64,000 bases of DNA, taken from positions 1 to 64,000 of the IMG/VR virus record IMGVR_UViG_3300042691_025170. The stretch is one strand, 5' to 3'. A model generated the notes under the pieces. The model worked only from the letters and a program-made list of their open reading frames with translations, did no database searches and was not told the origin of the DNA. The translations under genes and the position numbers were made by a program. This stretch comes from a virus. Shown here piece after piece: positions 58,651 to 64,000 of this stretch (position 1 is the first letter of the stretch; the number at the start of each line of letters is the position of its first letter).

Positions 58651-59631
58651 ATGAAAAGAGCATTAATAACAGGTATAAATGGACAGGATGGTTCTTATCT
58701 ATCTAAATTTTTATTAGATAAAGGATATGAGGTACATGGTCTGTTGAAAAGAAATTCCATAGCTGAAAACCAAACAGCTAGAATAGATGATAGTACATTT
58801 TCAAAATTAAGTTTGCATTATGCTGACATGACGGATATAGCATCATTATTCAGAGTCATAAATAAAATAAAACCAGATGAAATATACAATTTAGCTGCAC
58901 AATCTCATGTTAGAATATCGTTTGACCAACCCATATATACTGCAAATGTTACTGCTATAGGAGTATTAAATTTACTAGAGGTAGTTAAAGAAGTGTGCCC
59001 TAAATCAAAGATATATCAAGCATCTTCTTCGGAAATGTTTGGTAATTCAATAGATGAAGATGGTTATCAAAGAGAAACCACACCCATGAACCCAGTATCA
59101 CCATATGGGTGCTCCAAAGTTTTTGCATACAACATATGTAGAAATTATAGAAATTCATATGGTATGTTTATAGCAAATGGTATATTGTTCAATCACGAGT
59201 CTCCACTTAGAGGTACTAATTTTGTAACTAACAAAGTAGTAAAGGAAGCGGTAAAAATAAAATTGGGATTGTCTAACAAATTAGTTTTGGGTAATTTAGA
59301 AGCAGCTAGAGATTGGGGACACGCTAAAGACTATGTTGAAGCAATGTGGTTAATACTTCAACAAGATAAGTCAGATGACTTTGTATGTGCGACCGGAATA
59401 TCTCATACTGTTAGAGAATTATGTGAGTATGTATTTTCATCTTTAGGAATGGATTGGAAACAATATGTCATTAATGATGAAAAATATTTTAGACCAGAAG
59501 AATTGGATGTATTAAAAGGTGATTGCACTAAGCTTAAAAATTTGGGATGGAGTCCACATTATACATTTGAATCTATGTTAGATGAAATGATTAAATATTG
59601 GCTTGATAAATACAATGAAGATAGGCATTAA
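58651..59631 (+). CDS. gmd: GDP-mannose 4,6-dehydratase
   Basis: ALITGINGQDGSYL, YNLAAQSHV, YQASSSEMFG, SPYGCSK, ILFNHESP.RG, RDWGHAKDYV. Confidence 0.96.
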   Translation: MKRALITGINGQDGSYLSKFLLDKGYEVHGLLKRNSIAENQTARIDDSTFSKLSLHYADMTDIASLFRVINKIKPDEIYNLAAQSHVRISFDQPIYTANVTAIGVLNLLEVVKEVCPKSKIYQASSSEMFGNSIDEDGYQRETTPMNPVSPYGCSKVFAYNICRNYRNSYGMFIANGILFNHESPLRGTNFVTNKVVKEAVKIKLGLSNKLVLGNLEAARDWGHAKDYVEAMWLILQQDKSDDFVCATGISHTVRELCEYVFSSLGMDWKQYVINDEKYFRPEELDVLKGDCTKLKNLGWSPHYTFESMLDEMIKYWLDKYNEDRH

Positions 59632-60286
59632 TTTAGTTGGAGTATCTTATAATGATAAGAAACACGGAGGCAGATATAGAAATTATAGGGATGCTATAGA
59701 TTCTTTTTTCGATAATATAGTTAATCCATTAAGAAATGATGGACATGAAGTGTATTTTTACATATTCAGCTATCATAATAAAAAGCAACAAGATATTATA
59801 AATGACTACAATCCAGTTAAGTATAATTTTGTAGACCCTATTTATAATAAAATGGGTGGTGGTGATAGACTGGAAAATGGAATGAAGATAATGTCTGTTA
59901 TTTACATCAATAGTTTACAACAACTAATTGATGAAAATTTAGATTTGATAATATCAACAAGATTTGATATAAAATTTATAAGAAATCCTTTTATTGATTA
60001 CAAATTTGATTTTACAAAATGTAACTTTTTATGGAGAGAACCAGAATATGTAGATTTACCTTTAGTAAATGATACATTCATAGTCTTTCCACACTCAATG
60101 ACAAGAAATCTAATAGATGCAATTACTACAATGGAATTTAACCCACCGATGGGTATAAATGTAGCTATGCATAATTTATATTTACCAATGGTTAATCAAG
60201 TTGGTAGAGATAAAGTACAATGGGTTTGTGATGAATTTGTAGATACAATAAATAATAAACTATATACGTTAACTAGACATGAATAA
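59615..60286 (+). CDS. Putative glycosyltransferase-like protein (similar pattern to 55567..56229)
   Basis: MKIGINLVG and DLIISTRFDI. Confidence 0.5.
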   Translation: MKIGINLVGVSYNDKKHGGRYRNYRDAIDSFFDNIVNPLRNDGHEVYFYIFSYHNKKQQDIINDYNPVKYNFVDPIYNKMGGGDRLENGMKIMSVIYINSLQQLIDENLDLIISTRFDIKFIRNPFIDYKFDFTKCNFLWREPEYVDLPLVNDTFIVFPHSMTRNLIDAITTMEFNPPMGINVAMHNLYLPMVNQVGRDKVQWVCDEFVDTINNKLYTLTRHE

Positions 60287-61103
60287 AATATACTCCACAG
60301 CTTTTTTAATGGGTGGTTTGGGAAATCAGATGTTCCAAATAGCACATGCTACCGCACAGAGTTGGAAACATGGTGTTGATACAATGTTTTACATGGACTC
60401 TGAAATACAATATCCGAGTTGGAAGCCGGTTATGTATGTTGATAACATCTTTAAAAAAATTCCATTTACAAATCAGAAAATAAATGCACATCGTGTGTAT
60501 GAAGAATCTTGGAATACAGCAAACTTAAATTTTGTTTTTGACAAAACTATAGAGTTTTATGGTTATTTTCAGAGTAGTAAAAATTTTACAGGCTACGAAA
60601 GTAATGTTAAAGATTTATTTTACCCAGATGATAGTATCTATGAAAAACTATCTAAAAAATATCCACAAATAATGTATGAAAATACTTTATCTGTACATAT
60701 CAGAAGAGCAGATTATTTCAATGTTAGTAATATACTACCTGTAGTTGACTTGACATATATAAATGAATGTATTAGACTGCATGGAAACTATGATTATATG
60801 TTCATATTTTCAGATGACAAAGATTGGGCAAGAAATGCTCTATCTTACGAGAATAGTGTAGTAGTCGATTCTTTAAAAACTGAAGAAGAGATGTGGTTGA
60901 TGTCAATGTGTAAACATAATGTAATATCCAATTCAACATTTTCTTGGTGGGGTTCTTATCTAAATAAGAACAACGATAAAAAAATATACGCACCAAGTAT
61001 TTGGTTCGGCCCAGGTGGCCCGAGTGAGTATAGTAATGTGTATGAAACCTATTGGAATAAAATTGATGTCGTATATAAAGAAGGTAGATTGATTGTTGCA
61101 TAA
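60279..61103 (+). CDS. GT11 alpha-1,2-fucosyl/colitosyltransferase
   Basis: MGGLGNQMFQ, GYFQS, SVHIRRADY, FSDD, SNSTFSWWG. Confidence 0.92.
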   Translation: MNKIYSTAFLMGGLGNQMFQIAHATAQSWKHGVDTMFYMDSEIQYPSWKPVMYVDNIFKKIPFTNQKINAHRVYEESWNTANLNFVFDKTIEFYGYFQSSKNFTGYESNVKDLFYPDDSIYEKLSKKYPQIMYENTLSVHIRRADYFNVSNILPVVDLTYINECIRLHGNYDYMFIFSDDKDWARNALSYENSVVVDSLKTEEEMWLMSMCKHNVISNSTFSWWGSYLNKNNDKKIYAPSIWFGPGGPSEYSNVYETYWNKIDVVYKEGRLIVA

Positions 61104-61121
61104 TAACTTAAATAAATAAAG

Positions 61122-62279
61122 ATGATTAAACTTGTTTCAGATACTATAGATAGAGCTGATATAAACGCATTGATAGAATGGTTATCTAAAGAAGAGATTC
61201 CAATTCTTACAAAGAATAAATTAACGGTTGAATTGGAAAAAAAATGGGCTGATAAAATTGGAACAAAATATTCAGTTTTTGTTAACTCAGGTTCATCTGC
61301 TATTTTATTAATGTTATTGTCTCTTAAGCAAGGTAATTTCTTAAGAAATAATAAAATAGTATGCCCAGCATTAAGTTGGGCAACGGATGTTAGTACACCA
61401 ATAATACTTGGCTTTGATACTATACTATGTGATTGTAATCTAACCGATTTATCGTGTGACCTAACAGAACTTGAAAAAATATTTAAGGAAGAAAACCCAT
61501 CTTGTTTTATATCGGTAGCACCACTTGGTTTGGTTCCTGAAATGGAAAAATTAATTTCACTATGTGAAAAGTATAATGTTTTATTACTTGAGGATATTTG
61601 TGAATCTTTAGGATCTAAGTACAATGGTAAACATCTTGGGTCTTTTGGATTTGCTTCAGTATTTTCCACATATTTTGGCCACCATATTAGTACGATTGAA
61701 GGTGGGTTCATAAATACTAATGATGAGCAACTATATAATATGTTAGTAATGACTAGAAGTCACGGATGGGACAGAGACTTGAATGAAACAAATAAAGAAG
61801 AACTTAGAAAAAAGTATAATGTATCACGTTTTGATGCGTTGTATACATTTTATGTACCAGGTTTGAATCTCAGATCAACAGACTTGCAAGCTTTCATAGG
61901 TCTTAGGTCATTAGACAAAATAGACAAATTCTCTAATATAAGAAATACTAATTTTAAATTGTATAAGTCAAAAATAAAAAATAACAATTTAGACTTACAA
62001 GTTCAAAACGATTCATTTGTATCTAATTTTGCATATCCAATTGTTTCTGAAAAGAGAGACGTAATTGTAAATGAATTGATAAAAAATGGTGTTGAAGTAA
62101 GACCTTTAATTGCTGGAAATATGGCTAATAAACCTTTTTGGTATGAAAGATATGATAGAAAAGAATTTAAAAATGCTAACGTCATTGACAGATATGGGTT
62201 CTATGTTCCAAATCATCAGGACATGACCAATGAAGATATAGAGTATATTTGTAAAATAATAAATTTACAATATGAATAA
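61122..62279 (+). CDS. colD: GDP-4-keto-6-deoxymannose 3-dehydratase-like (ColD/E1-type DegT enzyme with His at the PLP position)
   Basis: VNSGSSA, SWATD, EDICESLG, STYFGHHISTIEGG (His in place of Lys), RSHGW.R, RPLIAGN. Confidence 0.75.
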   Translation: MIKLVSDTIDRADINALIEWLSKEEIPILTKNKLTVELEKKWADKIGTKYSVFVNSGSSAILLMLLSLKQGNFLRNNKIVCPALSWATDVSTPIILGFDTILCDCNLTDLSCDLTELEKIFKEENPSCFISVAPLGLVPEMEKLISLCEKYNVLLLEDICESLGSKYNGKHLGSFGFASVFSTYFGHHISTIEGGFINTNDEQLYNMLVMTRSHGWDRDLNETNKEELRKKYNVSRFDALYTFYVPGLNLRSTDLQAFIGLRSLDKIDKFSNIRNTNFKLYKSKIKNNNLDLQVQNDSFVSNFAYPIVSEKRDVIVNELIKNGVEVRPLIAGNMANKPFWYERYDRKEFKNANVIDRYGFYVPNHQDMTNEDIEYICKIINLQYE

Positions 62280-63033
62280 ATTGGTAACAATATATGTCGT
62301 AACTTATAACGAAGAGGCCATGATTGAATTTTTTATCAATCATTACAGAAAAAATTTTCCCGATTGTACAATAAATGTATATGACAATTTTTCAACAGAT
62401 AGAACAAGAGAAATAGCAGAATCAATGGGGTGTGTAGTTCACACTTTTGAAACAGATGGATTTGATGACTCAGCTAATGTTGCGTTGAAAAAAGAGAAAT
62501 GGAAAACCGCAACTACTGATTGGGTGATTGTTTGTGATTGTGATGAGTTGATAGAAATAAATCAAAATGATTTACTCTTAGAATCTGAATTGGGGTACGA
62601 AATCATACTGTTCGAAGGTTACACTCTTATGAACAATAAGACAAAAGAGGTTGATTTAAATAACTTAAAGTATGGGTTTAGAGATTATTCGTATGACAAA
62701 TACTATTTGTTTAATAGAAATAAAATAATAGATATAGGATATAATTATGGTTGTCACAGATCCAACAATAATGCACCGGTTGCTATATCCGGTAATCCAA
62801 AAATAGGTTCTTCAAAAGTTTATAAAGCTTATCATTACAAGTATCTTAGTTTAGATTATTGTATAGAAAGAAGAAGAATGTTTGCTAAAAGAGTATCTAA
62901 CTTTAATAAGCAAAGAGGATTTACATTGGAATACCAAAAAACAGAAGAAGAATTAGTATCGGATAAATCCATGGAACACTTGAGTTTAAAAAAAATATTC
63001 AACGAAACACAACTAATAAAAATAATACAATAA
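62272..63033 (+). CDS. GT2-like glycosyltransferase (paralogue of 57902..58648)
   Basis: YNEE..IEFFINHY, DNFSTD, TDWVIVCDCDE, HYKYL. Confidence 0.8.
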   Translation: MNKLVTIYVVTYNEEAMIEFFINHYRKNFPDCTINVYDNFSTDRTREIAESMGCVVHTFETDGFDDSANVALKKEKWKTATTDWVIVCDCDELIEINQNDLLLESELGYEIILFEGYTLMNNKTKEVDLNNLKYGFRDYSYDKYYLFNRNKIIDIGYNYGCHRSNNNAPVAISGNPKIGSSKVYKAYHYKYLSLDYCIERRRMFAKRVSNFNKQRGFTLEYQKTEEELVSDKSMEHLSLKKIFNETQLIKIIQ

Positions 63034-63794
63034 TGAAAAACAGAACATCAATATCAGACTACGACAGATACAAAACTGTTTGTAAAAATGCTTATGAAAA
63101 TGAAGAAAGTTTTCGTATATTTAAACAAAATTTAGATTACAAAGTAATACTAGAGCATGTGTCATTTGAACAAGGAGATAGATTTATAGATAGAACATTA
63201 GAGAATAATAACATAAATTATGATTATATAAATAAATTTAAAGAAAATGATATTTACGGAACGCCAGATTTGTTTACATACAGACATCCGTTTGGTTTGA
63301 TATCTCCGTCCACTTTAAGGTATGTCAAAGTACTTAGTGATTTGATAAAATTTTTTGGAAGTTTAGATAATATGTCAATAGTAGAAATAGGAGTTGGATA
63401 TGGTGGTCAGGCAAAAATTATTATGGACTACTTTAATATAAAGGAATATAACTTCATAGATTTGCCGGAAGTTTGTTCATTGACTAAAAAATATTTATCA
63501 AAATTTAATTACTCAAATTGTAATTTCTTAGATTTTGAAAATCTTCCGGATAGAAAGTATGATTTGGTAATATCAAATTATGCAATAACAGAGTGTACTA
63601 TGGAAATTCAAAATCTTTATATAGATAAGGTTCTTAAAAATTCTACAAAAGGATATATGATTGGTAACAAAATTTCTCATCTGTTCAATATAAATAGTTA
63701 TAGTAAAGAAGATTGGCAGCAAATTATGCCAAATATAACAATACATGAAGAAGTACCAGCTACAGCGGAAGGTAATTATTTAATGATTTTTTAA
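63033..63794 (+). CDS. Putative sugar O-methyltransferase
   Basis: SPSTLRY, IVEIGVGYGGQ, IDLPEV, DLVISNYAITE. Confidence 0.8.
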   Translation: MKNRTSISDYDRYKTVCKNAYENEESFRIFKQNLDYKVILEHVSFEQGDRFIDRTLENNNINYDYINKFKENDIYGTPDLFTYRHPFGLISPSTLRYVKVLSDLIKFFGSLDNMSIVEIGVGYGGQAKIIMDYFNIKEYNFIDLPEVCSLTKKYLSKFNYSNCNFLDFENLPDRKYDLVISNYAITECTMEIQNLYIDKVLKNSTKGYMIGNKISHLFNINSYSKEDWQQIMPNITIHEEVPATAEGNYLMIF

Positions 63795-63802
63795 ATTTAT
63801 AT

Positions 63803-64000
63803 ATGAGTAAGTTATTAAGTTGTTATTTGTGGGCGTTTAAAAATTACAAAGCGGGTATTAAGTCTGTTAGCACAGTTAGAAAATTTTATCCAAATGCAGA
63901 TGTATTTATAAATGTTGATTTTGAGGGTGATTTCGATAACTACACAAGAGAAGGAAATGAAATAAATGCAGTAGTTACAAAGAATAATTTTCAACTTGGT
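63803..64000 (+). CDS. Partial ORF running off the window (probably another glycan-locus protein)
   Basis: MSKLLSCYLWAFKNYKAGIKSVSTVRKFYPNADVFINVD..., open to the window end. Confidence 0.55.
   Translation, partial: MSKLLSCYLWAFKNYKAGIKSVSTVRKFYPNADVFINVDFEGDFDNYTREGNEINAVVTKNNFQLG

Noticed and set aside
6521-62185. Short minus-strand ORFs throughout the window
   Set aside because: All overlap well-supported + strand genes and show no recognisable motifs.
46865-64000. Bacterial chromosomal O-antigen/capsule locus (prophage boundary or chimeric assembly)
   Set aside because: Same strand and tight packing as the phage genes, interspersed small phage-like ORFs (49530, 50048), an upstream phage-type motif, and no wzx/wzy/wza. 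Cannot be fully excluded without read data.
1-64000. Stop-codon reassignment, introns/inteins and tRNA genes
   Set aside because: Conserved genes (PolB, RecA, helicase, NrdA, sheath) read full length in the standard code with no evident insertions, and no cloverleaf was recognised in the short intergenic gaps.

Overview
This window is a segment of a large, AT-rich, T4-like contractile-tailed (myovirus) phage genome. All credible genes lie on the + strand, the standard code reads through cleanly, and no capsid, terminase, primase, tRNA or CRISPR genes are visible. Promoter-like TTTG-N18-20-TATATTNN elements point to a Bacteroidota host (inference). Layout: (1) 1-5125, fibre genes with long proline-free Gly-(Ser/Thr)-(Ser/Thr) triplet repeats, one ending in an S74 intramolecular chaperone. 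(2) 5190-12747, a glycosyl/methyltransferase cluster ending in a GT4 fused to an Aah/TibC-type protein serine O-heptosyltransferase domain. (3) 12856-25128, tail sheath, tube, chaperones, tape measure and baseplate. (4) 25167-29656, a minimal divergent PolA-like gene and putative head-packaged proteins, one with a Cas9-type HNH motif. (5) 29767-46855, a T4-like replication and nucleotide module: SSB, RecA/UvsX, 5' nuclease, GroES, helicase, NrdB/NrdA, PhoH, thioredoxin, DUF4338/DruA-like protein, PolB, clamp, dUTPase, clamp loader and a Cas4-like nuclease. (6) 46865-64000, a glycan island of at least 17 kb with GTs, Gmd, a ColD-like dehydratase, GT11, an aminotransferase plus GNAT, and O-methyltransferases. 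The best candidate for an undescribed system is a phage-encoded protein O-glycosylation pathway that decorates Ser/Thr collagen-like virion fibres with a methylated glycan. All family calls come from visual motif recognition, not database searches.
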